From Erysipelothrix inopinata (GTDB lineage Bacteria > Bacillota_I > Bacilli_A > Erysipelotrichales > Erysipelotrichaceae), in contig NZ_CP060715.1 of assembly GCF_014396165.1 (NCBI RefSeq), positions 1,170,001 through 1,202,000 on the forward strand: DNA of 32,000 bases. The letters are read 5' to 3'. Below, in pieces: positions 8,413 to 17,853 of this stretch (within the stretch, counting starts at the first letter, position 1; each line of letters opens with the position of its first letter). Made by a program: the position numbers and the translations under genes. The notes beneath the pieces are model-generated. The model saw only the letters and a list, made by a program, of their open reading frames with translations. It did no database searches and was not told where the DNA came from.

Positions 8413-9003
8413 ATGTTAAGAAAAATGAACCTAAAAAGCGATAATGTATTTGATATAGCAAACCTAATTTATGAATCTGATGAATCCTTATTTGGAATGT
8501 TATTTGGTAGAAAGGTAACTGCTTTGACGACACTCTGTCAATTAATCCGTAACGATGATAACTCTTTCTCATATAAAAACATTTACGTGTATGAAGTTGA
8601 TTCTAAGATGGTCGGCATTGTATTAATGTACTCAGTTGATAGGATGCATTCTGACTCGCCTAAAAGTTATACGAAACAGATGGGCTTTTTCCAATCTATC
8701 CAATTTATAGGAAGTGCAATTCTAATGGATCCAATTACTAATTTATCAAAACTTGATGGCGTTTATATACAAAACGTCTGTATTAAACAAGAATATAGAG
8801 GGAATAGTTATGGAAGTACTATGATTAATGTTGCACTCGAATACTTACGAGTTATTGGTGAGAGAAATGTTTATTTGGATGCTTCAATCGAAAAACCTCG
8901 TGTACAACGATTCTATAAAAAGCTTGGATTCAAAATTGTTGAAGAAGTGAATATTTATTTATCTGATAAAGGAGTTTATCGGATGCACCAGATATTAGAA
9001 TAA
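8413..9003 (+). CDS. GNAT-family N-acetyltransferase
   Basis: GGAGG at 8400-8404 precedes the ATG at 8413. The acetyl-CoA binding motif region is VCIKQEYRGNSYGSTMINVALEYL, followed by FYKKLGFKIV. Confidence 0.8.
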   Translation: MLRKMNLKSDNVFDIANLIYESDESLFGMLFGRKVTALTTLCQLIRNDDNSFSYKNIYVYEVDSKMVGIVLMYSVDRMHSDSPKSYTKQMGFFQSIQFIGSAILMDPITNLSKLDGVYIQNVCIKQEYRGNSYGSTMINVALEYLRVIGERNVYLDASIEKPRVQRFYKKLGFKIVEEVNIYLSDKGVYRMHQILE

Positions 9004-9131
9004 CGTAGGTAAATGCAAGAGTTAAATTATATTTAGCGCTGTTTTTCATCTGTTGAAATATAGTTCCACATAGATTTCATATATAATCTTGCAATGAATG
9101 TTATAATCAAATTAAAAGAAGAGGTAGAACT

Positions 9132-10037
9132 ATGTGGTGGGAAATATTAAAAATAGAATACACTGAGGATGAGAATGTAATTCAACACGCTTATGTTAAA
9201 TTAGTCAGCCAAAAAAATATTTATAGTGATGATGTGTTAATGACAAACATTAAAAAGGCGTACAAAGCTGGAATTAGAAATGCCAAGTACTCGGGTATTG
9301 ATAAAAGTGTTCCCCAAAAAGTTATAGAGGATAATATTGAAATAAGGGTAGAACCCCAGGAACAAAAAGAAGAAATTTTGGAATCAAAAGAGAAAAAAAG
9401 ATTCCATACTGCTTTTGTAGTTAAAGATCCGAGTATATTTGATAATAACTTTAATGGATTAAAGGAAAAATCAAAAAAGATAGTAGGTCGTAGTGGCGAT
9501 GACAAGGATAGAACTTCTCTGACTGAATCCAATCAATCAGATACGAGCGTCGATCTGAACTCAAGAATCAGTCATGCGATTCAAAATTGTGAACGAAGAG
9601 GCTATATAGAACAGGAAGTATGGGTCGTTTTACTTTACGAGCTGAGACTGTTGGATATTCAAAAGGATGAAGACTATGTAAGTATGATCCTTAACTATCT
9701 AAGACAAGTAGATTTTTATCAAATTCCATATTCATTTCGAGCTAGTGTTATTGTACCTCAAATTGAAAAATATTCTCAAAGTTTAGACTGGAAAAATGAG
9801 GCATTGTTGAGACAACTCTCTGAAATTCGTGACCAAGCAAGCGTAAGAAAGCAATCGTCACTTGCTAAACAAACATCAAATCAGTCGATTTTTAAATATC
9901 GATATCAAAACGAGATGAAAAATTCAGAAAAAAGTTCTGAAGCATTGTTATATTATATTCTGAAAATCGCAAAAGTAGTGATGTACATAAGTGCTACATT
10001 ATTCTTAATTACGGTTCTCTCAGTCATAAACCAGTAA
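9132..10037 (+). CDS. Hypothetical protein: degenerate J-domain-like N-terminus, low-complexity middle, C-terminal TM anchor
   Basis: AGAGGTAG sits upstream of the ATG. The N-terminus WWEILKIEYTEDENVIQHAYVKLV follows the DnaJ helix I/II pattern but has no HPD tripeptide. The C-terminus ALLYYILKIAKVVMYISATLFLITVLSVI is hydrophobic. Confidence 0.55.
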   Translation: MWWEILKIEYTEDENVIQHAYVKLVSQKNIYSDDVLMTNIKKAYKAGIRNAKYSGIDKSVPQKVIEDNIEIRVEPQEQKEEILESKEKKRFHTAFVVKDPSIFDNNFNGLKEKSKKIVGRSGDDKDRTSLTESNQSDTSVDLNSRISHAIQNCERRGYIEQEVWVVLLYELRLLDIQKDEDYVSMILNYLRQVDFYQIPYSFRASVIVPQIEKYSQSLDWKNEALLRQLSEIRDQASVRKQSSLAKQTSNQSIFKYRYQNEMKNSEKSSEALLYYILKIAKVVMYISATLFLITVLSVINQ

Positions 10038-10050
10038 TCAAAAGACATCA

Positions 10051-10079
10051 AAAAAAGGTATTCAAGCGAATACCTTTTT
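10051..10079. terminator. Bidirectional terminator
   Basis: AAAAAA-GGTATTC-aagc-GAATACC-TTTTT, located between the convergent stops at 10037 (+) and 10155 (-). Confidence 0.7.
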
Positions 10080-10154
10080 GTTTGGCATTAGATTTATGTT
10101 AAACATAGAGTCCATATTGCATAGAATACACAGGCATAAATTATAGTATGTTTG

Positions 10155-13100
10155 TTATTGCTTACTTCTTTTGGCTATAAACCATCCACAGGTTGGGATA
10201 GTGACTAAGATAAATCCGATAATTAGTGATAAATGATTCGTTTGCACTCCTGTATTTGGTAAAGGCTTAGTAGGTTTTTCTTCAACTATTTTTTCATCGT
10301 AGAAGTTGAACACTTGATGTGTTGAGCTGTTCTCTTCTGAAATTGAGAAGGCTATCTTCTCAGGATTGATTGAATATCCAATAGGTGCTTTAGTTTCTAT
10401 AAAGTAGTAATTACCAAATTCGAGTCCTGTAACATCAATGTAACCATCTTTGTTGGTAAATAAATCTTCACGGACAAGAGTTCCATCGCTCAGATAAATT
10501 GAGAATCCTGTATTCGCAAGACGAACACTTTGAGCATCTTTATCACTCTTGGTAATTCGAATACTTCCTAGTTGTTTTACAGGCTCCTCTACCTTTTCAT
10601 TTGTAATATTTAATATCAAATTTAGTTCTGTATTTAAATTGGAAATTGTAAATTGATATTTCAAATTGGAAAGTTGGTATCCCTCAGGTGCCCGTGTCTC
10701 AACGAAGTAGTAATTTCCGTAGGGAAGATTATTAACAATTAGCTCCCCTTTATCATCTGTGTTCAGTTCTGACTTAATTAATGTGCCTTGCTCATCATAT
10801 AGTGAGAATTGTGCATCCTTAAGGAATTGGGTAGTATCTTCTTTGTCGGTTTTAATGATTTTCACTGAACCGGAAGGATTGCTAGGAATATCTACTTTAG
10901 TATTTTCAACTGTTATTTGAGTTGGAATGGTAACACTCTTTTCATTGACTGTAAAATTGAATTTATTATTGGATAGTTCGTATCCTTGTGGAGCGGCTGT
11001 CTCAATAAAGTAGTAATTACCAAAATCAAGATTTGAGATTGTCAGTTTTCCTTGCTCGTTAGTATGTAGGTTTTCAGATACTAAAGTACCAGATTCATCA
11101 TAAAGTGCAAATATTGTGTCCTCAAGGAAATGTGTAGGATCCTTAGCATCAATTTTAATTAATTCTACTGAACCCTTCGGTTTTTCAGGAACAATTTTTT
11201 TATTGGTGAATGATATATTTAGGACTTTTTCTACGACACTTTCGTCAATTGTAAATGGAATTTTAAGGCTGGAAAGTTCATATCCGTCTGGAGCTTTAAT
11301 TTCTTTAAGGAAATAGTTTCCAAACTCTAAGTTATCAATTCGAAGTTTACCATTATTATTTGTAATATATTCAGATGAAATTATCTCGCCATTTTCTTTA
11401 TAAAGTGCAAATCCAGCATTCGCAAGATATTTGGTGACATCTCCTGCATCAGATTTTGTGAGAATTACTGAACCTACTCGCGGCTGAGGTTCCTCAGTTT
11501 TAGTGTTCTTAGCATCAACGAGGATAGGGGTGAAAACCGTACTTTCATCAATTGTGAATACATATTTGTAGTCTGATAAATCATATCCTTCAGGAGCTTG
11601 AGTTTCCTTGAGATAATAACTGCCAAATTCTAAATCAGTGATTATTAATTTTCCATTTTCATCAGTAGTTAAACTATCTTGGAGTAGATTATCATTATTA
11701 TCATAAAGAGCAAAGACAGCATCTTTCAGTCGCTTAGAAGCATCATTCTCATCAGATTTCGTAAGTTCAACAGAACCTTTGGGTTGTTCTGGTTCTTCAG
11801 TTTTCGTATTGGATACCTTTAATTCAAGAGGAATCACAACACTTGAAACATCAATTTTAAAATCATAGCGTTTTGTTGATAATTCGTAGCCAGCGGGAGC
11901 TTTTGTTTCAATAAGGTAATAATCACCGAGCTTGAGATTATCAAGAGTGATCCTACCCAACACATTCGTTTTAATATTCTTTAGAATTTCAATGTTATTT
12001 GAGTCGTATAATGCAAATTCAGCCCCACTGAGATATTTAGATTCGTCGAGTGAATCATGTTTAATGAGATTCACAGAACCTTTAGGTTCAGGTTCTTCAG
12101 TCTTTGTGTTCTTAGCATCGACTATAATGGGAGAAACAACTGTATCTTTATCGATAGTAAACTCATATTTCTTATCAGAGAGTTCATATCCAACAGGAGC
12201 TTGAGTTTCCTTGAGATAGTAACTGCCCCATTCTAAATCTGCAATTACTAATTTTCCGTTTTCATCAGTAGTTAAATTATCTTGGAGAAGCGTATCATTG
12301 TTGTCATAAAGAGCAAAGACAGCACCCATTAATAGTTTAGAAGCATCTTTATCATCAGATTTCGTAAGTTCAACAGAACCTTTGGGTTGCTCTGGTTCTT
12401 CAGTTTTTGTGTTTTTTGCTTCAATTAAAATGGGAGAAATAGAAGTATCTTTATCAATCGTAAACTCATATTTCTTATCAGAGAGCTCATATCCAACAGG
12501 AGCTTGAGTTTCCTTGAGATAGTAACTGCCCCATTCTAAATCGGCAATTACCAATTTTCCGTGTTCATCAGTAGTTAATTTATCTTGGAGAAGCGTATCA
12601 TTGTTGTCATAAAGAGCAAAAACAGCACCCATTAATCGTTTAGAAGCATCTTTATCATCAGATTTCGTAAGTTCAACAGATCCTTTAGGTTTCTCAGGAA
12701 CTTCTTCCTTTGTATTCTCAACGGATAAAGAGACAGTAGCGAGGACTGTGTCACTCTTAATTGTAAAATGATGCTTCTCATTAGAAAGTTCATAGCCTTC
12801 AGGAGCTTTAGTTTCAATAAAGTAATAATCACCTAAATCAAGATTCGTAACTAAAAGTACACCATCGCTATTAGTTTTTAGTCCAGACTGAATCAACTGA
12901 TTCTTTGAATTATAGAGCGAGAATTCTGCACCCTGTAAGAAGTGTGATGAATCATTGTCATCTGTTTTAATTAACTTAACACCACCGAACTTATTTTGAG
13001 GATCCCATCGATGAGTTTCCCCTTGACCTGTAAATTCTCTTACGATAATTGAACCATCGATATTTTTACCGGAATTCACGGATGCTCGAGGTGCTAGAAT

Positions 13101-14003
13101 TGTACCTTGCCATATTTCATTAAGATTAATATTTCCCGTGAAAGGTCGCGTTCCATTTCCAAAAGTCCATAAGATCGAACCGTCATCAAAATTTGTGGCT
13201 TCATGAGGTTCACGGTTACTTCCGTTTTCATACTCTAACTTAACAGGAGATAGAACATTGTAAGAAGTGCTTGAGTTAGTATCAACTGAAATATAAACAA
13301 ATTTATAATCACTATCATTGAGTGTTTTTAGATTTTTTATGTATAGAGGCGTATTGTGTTTTAATACATCAGCATTTAGATGGATATGAACAATCGGTCC
13401 CTCATATTTTGAGATATCGATGACACGTCTGTTTTGATCAGGAAAATCAGAATGACTGAAAGTCGCATCAATAGGACTTGTCATTATTGCAGAGCTGGAA
13501 TTTTCTAGCTTGTTGAATTCTTGATCAAAGTTAATATACTCGTTACTACCCTTATCTTGGTATACCTCATTTGAAGTAACTCGATCAAGTGCATTACCAT
13601 TGATGATAGGCCTGTTTGCGTTATCAAGATTAATATTCACATTTTTTCCAAATACAGCTTTAGTATTAGTGCGCGTTGGGAATGAGCCAGAGTTTAAAAA
13701 GCTAAAATTCTGAATATAATGGTATTCCATTTTATTATAGCCTTTAGTTCCGATATCAGCTTGGCCACGTAATTCTTTAACAGCAACGTTTCCATTGGTA
13801 TGACTACCTACATTCGCAATTTCAGCAAATATATGGAAATATTGTGCGGCGCCTAGGAGGGTATTTCGTGCCTGGGGCACATCATCATAGAAAGATCCAG
13901 CATCTTGTGGAGTTTCTTGTGCAAAAGTAGGTAATGGGCTTAGTGTACTTAAAGAAAGTAGTGAAGCCACCAATAATATAAATAATTTTTTAAACCATTT
14001 CAT
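10155..14003 (-). CDS. LPXTG-anchored surface adhesin: signal peptide, choice-of-anchor-A-like N-terminal domain, nine SpaA/CnaB-type (prealbumin-fold) modules
   Basis: AAGGAAGG precedes the ATG. The signal peptide is MKWFKKLFILLVASLLSLSTLSPLPTFA. The N-terminal domain (about aa 40-335) carries LLGAAQYFHIFAEIANVGSHTNGNVAV. Nine modules of about 100 aa share the pattern GSVxLxKxD...L.GA.FALYD...G.L....L..G.YYL.ET.AP.GYELS. The C-terminus has LPNTG (nt 10251-10265), a hydrophobic stretch and KRSKQ. Confidence 0.92.
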   Translation of the reverse strand: MKWFKKLFILLVASLLSLSTLSPLPTFAQETPQDAGSFYDDVPQARNTLLGAAQYFHIFAEIANVGSHTNGNVAVKELRGQADIGTKGYNKMEYHYIQNFSFLNSGSFPTRTNTKAVFGKNVNINLDNANRPIINGNALDRVTSNEVYQDKGSNEYINFDQEFNKLENSSSAIMTSPIDATFSHSDFPDQNRRVIDISKYEGPIVHIHLNADVLKHNTPLYIKNLKTLNDSDYKFVYISVDTNSSTSYNVLSPVKLEYENGSNREPHEATNFDDGSILWTFGNGTRPFTGNINLNEIWQGTILAPRASVNSGKNIDGSIIVREFTGQGETHRWDPQNKFGGVKLIKTDDNDSSHFLQGAEFSLYNSKNQLIQSGLKTNSDGVLLVTNLDLGDYYFIETKAPEGYELSNEKHHFTIKSDTVLATVSLSVENTKEEVPEKPKGSVELTKSDDKDASKRLMGAVFALYDNNDTLLQDKLTTDEHGKLVIADLEWGSYYLKETQAPVGYELSDKKYEFTIDKDTSISPILIEAKNTKTEEPEQPKGSVELTKSDDKDASKLLMGAVFALYDNNDTLLQDNLTTDENGKLVIADLEWGSYYLKETQAPVGYELSDKKYEFTIDKDTVVSPIIVDAKNTKTEEPEPKGSVNLIKHDSLDESKYLSGAEFALYDSNNIEILKNIKTNVLGRITLDNLKLGDYYLIETKAPAGYELSTKRYDFKIDVSSVVIPLELKVSNTKTEEPEQPKGSVELTKSDENDASKRLKDAVFALYDNNDNLLQDSLTTDENGKLIITDLEFGSYYLKETQAPEGYDLSDYKYVFTIDESTVFTPILVDAKNTKTEEPQPRVGSVILTKSDAGDVTKYLANAGFALYKENGEIISSEYITNNNGKLRIDNLEFGNYFLKEIKAPDGYELSSLKIPFTIDESVVEKVLNISFTNKKIVPEKPKGSVELIKIDAKDPTHFLEDTIFALYDESGTLVSENLHTNEQGKLTISNLDFGNYYFIETAAPQGYELSNNKFNFTVNEKSVTIPTQITVENTKVDIPSNPSGSVKIIKTDKEDTTQFLKDAQFSLYDEQGTLIKSELNTDDKGELIVNNLPYGNYYFVETRAPEGYQLSNLKYQFTISNLNTELNLILNITNEKVEEPVKQLGSIRITKSDKDAQSVRLANTGFSIYLSDGTLVREDLFTNKDGYIDVTGLEFGNYYFIETKAPIGYSINPEKIAFSISEENSSTHQVFNFYDEKIVEEKPTKPLPNTGVQTNHLSLIIGFILVTIPTCGWFIAKRSKQ
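10269..12986 (-). repeat. Nine tandem in-frame modules of about 300 bp inside the adhesin gene
   Basis: Protein modules start at aa 340, 441, 542, 642, 743, 844, 944, 1045 and 1146, each bounded by a TEEPEQPK-like linker. Confidence 0.9.
12081..12683 (-). repeat. Two adjacent near-identical DNA copies (modules 2 and 3)
   Basis: Modules aa 441-541 and aa 542-641 differ at only a handful of residues. The DNA is alignable over about 300 bp with few substitutions. Module 5 (11475-11777) is a third close copy. Confidence 0.85.
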
Positions 14004-14553
14004 TTCTTACACCTTCCTTTAGTTCCATTGTAGTTCGTTAAAACTTACAAACATTATTAAACGGTGAAACAATAGTGAAATCTAAGTGAAGCTGTCTTTT
14101 TATGAAAAATATCGCAGATGCTCTATAAAATTACCTTGTTATTCACAAGCAAGTGACAAAAATGCATACTTTCGTGTAAAAAAAAGAACCAGTTATGATT
14201 TTCCCCTCTTGATGTAAATGAGACTGTGTATAATTGCGATATTAAGAATATGCATCAAGCAAGCAAAAGTGCAATACTAAGTAAAACCTTGTAAAGAGTA
14301 GCTTTTACCGGATAATGAACGATGCATAAAAGTGATTATCATGATCTCTACTGTTATCTCAAACGTCTTTAACATTCATTATACGTAAGTAAAATTGCTG
14401 AAACAAAGGAAGTGCCTGATAGAAATATATATTGTGAACTTGGTTCGATTGTGAATTAGACTGAGGGAAATGTAGAAATTGTGCATATTTATTAAATAGG
14501 AATTGTGTGTCATGTTGAAATAATTATGAATAAAGTATTTTTGGGGGATAAGA

Positions 14554-16680
14554 ATGAAAAAGATAAATAGTGCATTAACAATCATTATCGCGGTGCTCAT
14601 ATTTCAAATGATTTCGAGTACGTTCAATCAACAATACCATCTCAGTAGTTATGACTTCGCAACTCAAGACAAGGAAGATGATCTGAGAGTCATATCCCTA
14701 TCGGTTTCCACAGAGACGTTCAAAGGGTCGCAAGAAGTTTTTGTGGATACATTGATAAACTATCTTGAAGTTACACCCTATGATGTATCTGTGTTGAGTG
14801 TTGGTGAAGCAACAGGTTATGAAGAAGCAGTTGACAGACTTTACGTAAAATCAAAAGATAGTGCATATTCGCATCTTTATATAAAAGGAATTGTTCCTCA
14901 AAACTCTCCAAATAATCATAATTTGGGTTCAATCATTACAAACTATGATGAAAATCGGGTGCAAATCATTCAACCATTTCGTTTTGATAGAGAAATTCGC
15001 TACGACGGTGTGATGAATAAGTTGGAACATAAATCACTCCATGATTTGAATGAATTAGTCGGAGATAAAGCAAATTTTATTGTGAATCTCAATTTCTTTG
15101 TACCTAATGAAGAAACATCAAAATTTCAAGATACATTACGAACGGAGTACTTCAATCAGTATTTTACCTGTGAGGAGAATCAGAACTCTGAACAAATTTG
15201 TGGATTAAATGTTCATACACGAATGCCAGTAGATATTAGAAATTTTGAGTGGAAATTGTTTGATCTAAATGTCGGATACCCGCTTTTAATCATGTTAGTA
15301 TCCTGTATTTCATTAATTACGATTATTATCTATCAAGAAATCCAAAATAAAAAAGAGATTATAATTCGAAAGATGCATGGAAATAGTGAATGGATTATTT
15401 TCTTAAGACTTCTACTACCATTAATTCTTCAAACATTATTTCTCTTTGTATTAACGCTTATTTTACTTTTTATTATTTGTTATGAAGGACCTTTTGTTTT
15501 ACTCAAAAGTCTCCTACATACATTATTAAAAGTAAGCTTAATTTTCTCAGCACTCATTGCAATTCTTGTATTTGCGTTGGCGTGCATTCAGCGCATAACG
15601 AATAAAGGACACTATTTAAAAAGAGAGACTCGGATCCCTATTATCTACTTCGGTAATGTCATTCTTAAGGTAATCGTTATTGTGATGCTAAGTATTCCTT
15701 TAGTTACGCATGCTGAACATGTGATGAAACGATATACATACCAGCATGAACTGAATCAAATGACAAATTATTTTGATCAGGTTATTTCCTCGGTCAATTA
15801 TGGATATGAGTTCAATGGAGACGATGAGCTCAGAATGAACCAAGAGTTATTTCATCTGGCAAATGAGAACGATATTGCATACATTAATTTTACAGATATT
15901 ATGAGAAATTTTGAGAATTCTAGCTTTTCAGTTCCGGTAGAAATTAATACTGTAGCATTTAAGCTTCTTTTCCCTGAGATCCAAGATGTTATGTTCGGTA
16001 AAGACAGCGTGGAAATCACAACATTACAGGATGAGAGTCCGTTTCTTTCTCAAGATGCAATCCGTTTGGATAAAACACCTGATATTACGACACCATTTTA
16101 TACCTGGGGAGTCTTGAAAAATCCATCCTATCGTCTTGTACTCAATCCGAGTAGTGATGACTTGAATATGATTAATTTTATGTCACTATATACTACAAAC
16201 GGAAATGCAGTAGGTGCAAATCAATTTTTTGAACAAGTAAGTCAGAATATAACAAACCCTGAGATTTTAAAATTACAAACATTACAGTCGAGCTCTCAAA
16301 AAGTTCTCACACGAACTTTATTTGAGTTGACGATGAAGGTGATGGTTATATTTTTACTTGTTTTTGTATATTCTAAGTTACTTATTGGACTTTACTTAAA
16401 TAGTTATGGGAAGCATCTAACGATTCAATATCTACATGGAGTATCCCGAGCAAAGCGTTATACTCCAATATATATGCATCAAATTATTAGTATTTTTATG
16501 TCATCGGTGTTTACGGTATTCATCTTATTAAAAGAGGTCGGTGGCATGATGTTAACAAGTGTAGGATTAATAAGTTTATATTTCATAGTAATTCTAATAT
16601 TTGATTTACTATTGATATATTTTCAACTCAGAAAATTTGAAAGAAAGTCTGTTGTCGTATTGAAGGGAGACCAATCATGA
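14554..16680 (+). CDS. Large polytopic membrane protein, DUF1430 / bacteriocin-associated (lactococcin-972-type) permease-like, duplicated FtsX-like topology
   Basis: The 708-aa product has TM1 followed by a roughly 215-aa external loop and 3-4 TM. A further TM is followed by a second roughly 210-aa loop and 3 C-terminal TM. Its stop overlaps the start of the next gene (ATGA at 16677-16680). The family call rests on size, topology and gene order, not on a search. Confidence 0.65.
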   Translation: MKKINSALTIIIAVLIFQMISSTFNQQYHLSSYDFATQDKEDDLRVISLSVSTETFKGSQEVFVDTLINYLEVTPYDVSVLSVGEATGYEEAVDRLYVKSKDSAYSHLYIKGIVPQNSPNNHNLGSIITNYDENRVQIIQPFRFDREIRYDGVMNKLEHKSLHDLNELVGDKANFIVNLNFFVPNEETSKFQDTLRTEYFNQYFTCEENQNSEQICGLNVHTRMPVDIRNFEWKLFDLNVGYPLLIMLVSCISLITIIIYQEIQNKKEIIIRKMHGNSEWIIFLRLLLPLILQTLFLFVLTLILLFIICYEGPFVLLKSLLHTLLKVSLIFSALIAILVFALACIQRITNKGHYLKRETRIPIIYFGNVILKVIVIVMLSIPLVTHAEHVMKRYTYQHELNQMTNYFDQVISSVNYGYEFNGDDELRMNQELFHLANENDIAYINFTDIMRNFENSSFSVPVEINTVAFKLLFPEIQDVMFGKDSVEITTLQDESPFLSQDAIRLDKTPDITTPFYTWGVLKNPSYRLVLNPSSDDLNMINFMSLYTTNGNAVGANQFFEQVSQNITNPEILKLQTLQSSSQKVLTRTLFELTMKVMVIFLLVFVYSKLLIGLYLNSYGKHLTIQYLHGVSRAKRYTPIYMHQIISIFMSSVFTVFILLKEVGGMMLTSVGLISLYFIVILIFDLLLIYFQLRKFERKSVVVLKGDQS

Positions 16681-17324
16681 TTGAGTTTAAAAATGTATAT
16701 AAAGCATTCGGTGACACTGAAGTGTTGCACAATCTTAGTTTTACAATTAAGAAAGGAAGCTTCACAGCAATTACAGGACCTTCAGGATCGGGTAAAAGTA
16801 CGATTTTAAATATTATGGGGTTACTTGATCGTGCGGATAAGGGAAACGTGAGAATTGATATGCATGAAAATGTTAAACCCTTTTCTAAAGATGCAACTGA
16901 AATATTAAGAAATGAAATTGGATACCTCTTTCAAAACTTTGCACTGATTGATAATAAAAGTGTGAAGTATAATCTTATGATTGCTTTAGAACATGTAAAA
17001 GAAAAAAATAAGAGTAAACTCATAAACGAAGCATTAATAAAAGTGGGATTGAAAGGTTTTGAAAATAAAAAAATATTTGAATGCTCCGGTGGGGAACAAC
17101 AGCGTATTGCGATTGCTCGGTTGTTACTCAAGCCTTGTCAAATAGTTTTATGTGATGAACCTACAGGAAGTCTGGATGAAGAAAATAAACAAGTGATTTT
17201 TGATTTATTAAAATATCTCCAAGAGCAAGGGAAAACGCTGGTTGTTGTAACTCACGATGAGGATTTGGTAGAAATTGCTGATGAAGTTATTGTGATTCAT
17301 AAGTATACAGAAACAGTATCATGA
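16677..17324 (+). CDS. ABC transporter ATP-binding protein (short, 215 aa)
   Basis: Walker A GPSGSGKST, signature CSGGEQQRIAIARLL, Walker B IVLCDEPTGSLD and H-loop VVVTHD. The ATGA overlap suggests translational coupling to the permease. Confidence 0.9.
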   Translation: MIEFKNVYKAFGDTEVLHNLSFTIKKGSFTAITGPSGSGKSTILNIMGLLDRADKGNVRIDMHENVKPFSKDATEILRNEIGYLFQNFALIDNKSVKYNLMIALEHVKEKNKSKLINEALIKVGLKGFENKKIFECSGGEQQRIAIARLLLKPCQIVLCDEPTGSLDEENKQVIFDLLKYLQEQGKTLVVVTHDEDLVEIADEVIVIHKYTETVS

Positions 17325-17839
17325 CAATATTCATTGAGTATCGTGATGACGAGTTCTAGATATCTCTTGTCACATGCATCAATTGACATTTTTTGAATCG
17401 AAGCATCATTCCAGGTATCAATGAAATCAATCGTATTTACAAGATATGCGGTGATAAAGTCACGGTCATCATTAACAAATTGCTTTAGAGAAACTTCGTA
17501 AGCTGCGAGTGTGTATTTTTTTAGTGTCGAGAGAAAGTTTGGATTATTTTGTTGTGAAATAATTAAATTTTTTGCACTACTATGCGAAAAGAACTGATTG
17601 GCAAATGTAAAGGGTTTAATGATCATCTCAGGAGAATGTGATGAGAAATAGCCTTGTCATAATGTATCGATGCCGTATTCAAATAATGAGTATTTATCGT
17701 CAAAAAGACGATAAAAGGTTGAACGGTGTATTTGAGACTGATTGCAAATATCTTGAACGTTAAGCTGGTCGAAATCGCGACCTGATAGTAACATTTTCAG
17801 TGTTTCATTCCAAACTCTTTCTTGTGTTGATAGTGTCAT
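17297..17839 (-). pseudogene. TetR/AcrR-family regulator (DhaS-like) interrupted by one in-frame TGA
   Basis: The N-terminal HTH is LNVQDICNQSQIHRSTFYRLFDDKYSLFEY. Translation ends at the TGA at 17657-17659. The same frame then continues (QGYFSSHSPEMIIKPF...) into the 109-aa C-terminal ligand-domain ORF. AGAGGA precedes the ATG at 17839. Confidence 0.7.
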
Positions 17840-17853
17840 AACGATCCTCTCGT

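Noticed and set aside
10269-12986. Regular repeats of about 300 bp that could be mistaken for a CRISPR or satellite array
   Set aside because: They lie inside one uninterrupted 1282-codon ORF. The period equals one protein domain, and there are no short direct repeats with unique spacers.
14004-14553. Hidden lactococcin-972-like precursor or its remnant upstream of the permease
   Set aside because: By-eye reading of this region found only tiny ATG ORFs on the + strand (20 codons at most, e.g. MRLCIIAILRICIKQAKVQY), with no signal peptide or mature-peptide-like sequence. The 73-aa minus-strand ORF (14379-14600) is low-complexity and overlaps the permease start.
17657-17659. In-frame TGA as evidence for a TGA=Trp (Mollicutes-type) genetic code
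   Set aside because: TGA is the functional stop of neighbouring genes (16678-16680 and 17322-17324). All other long ORFs are intact under the standard bacterial code.
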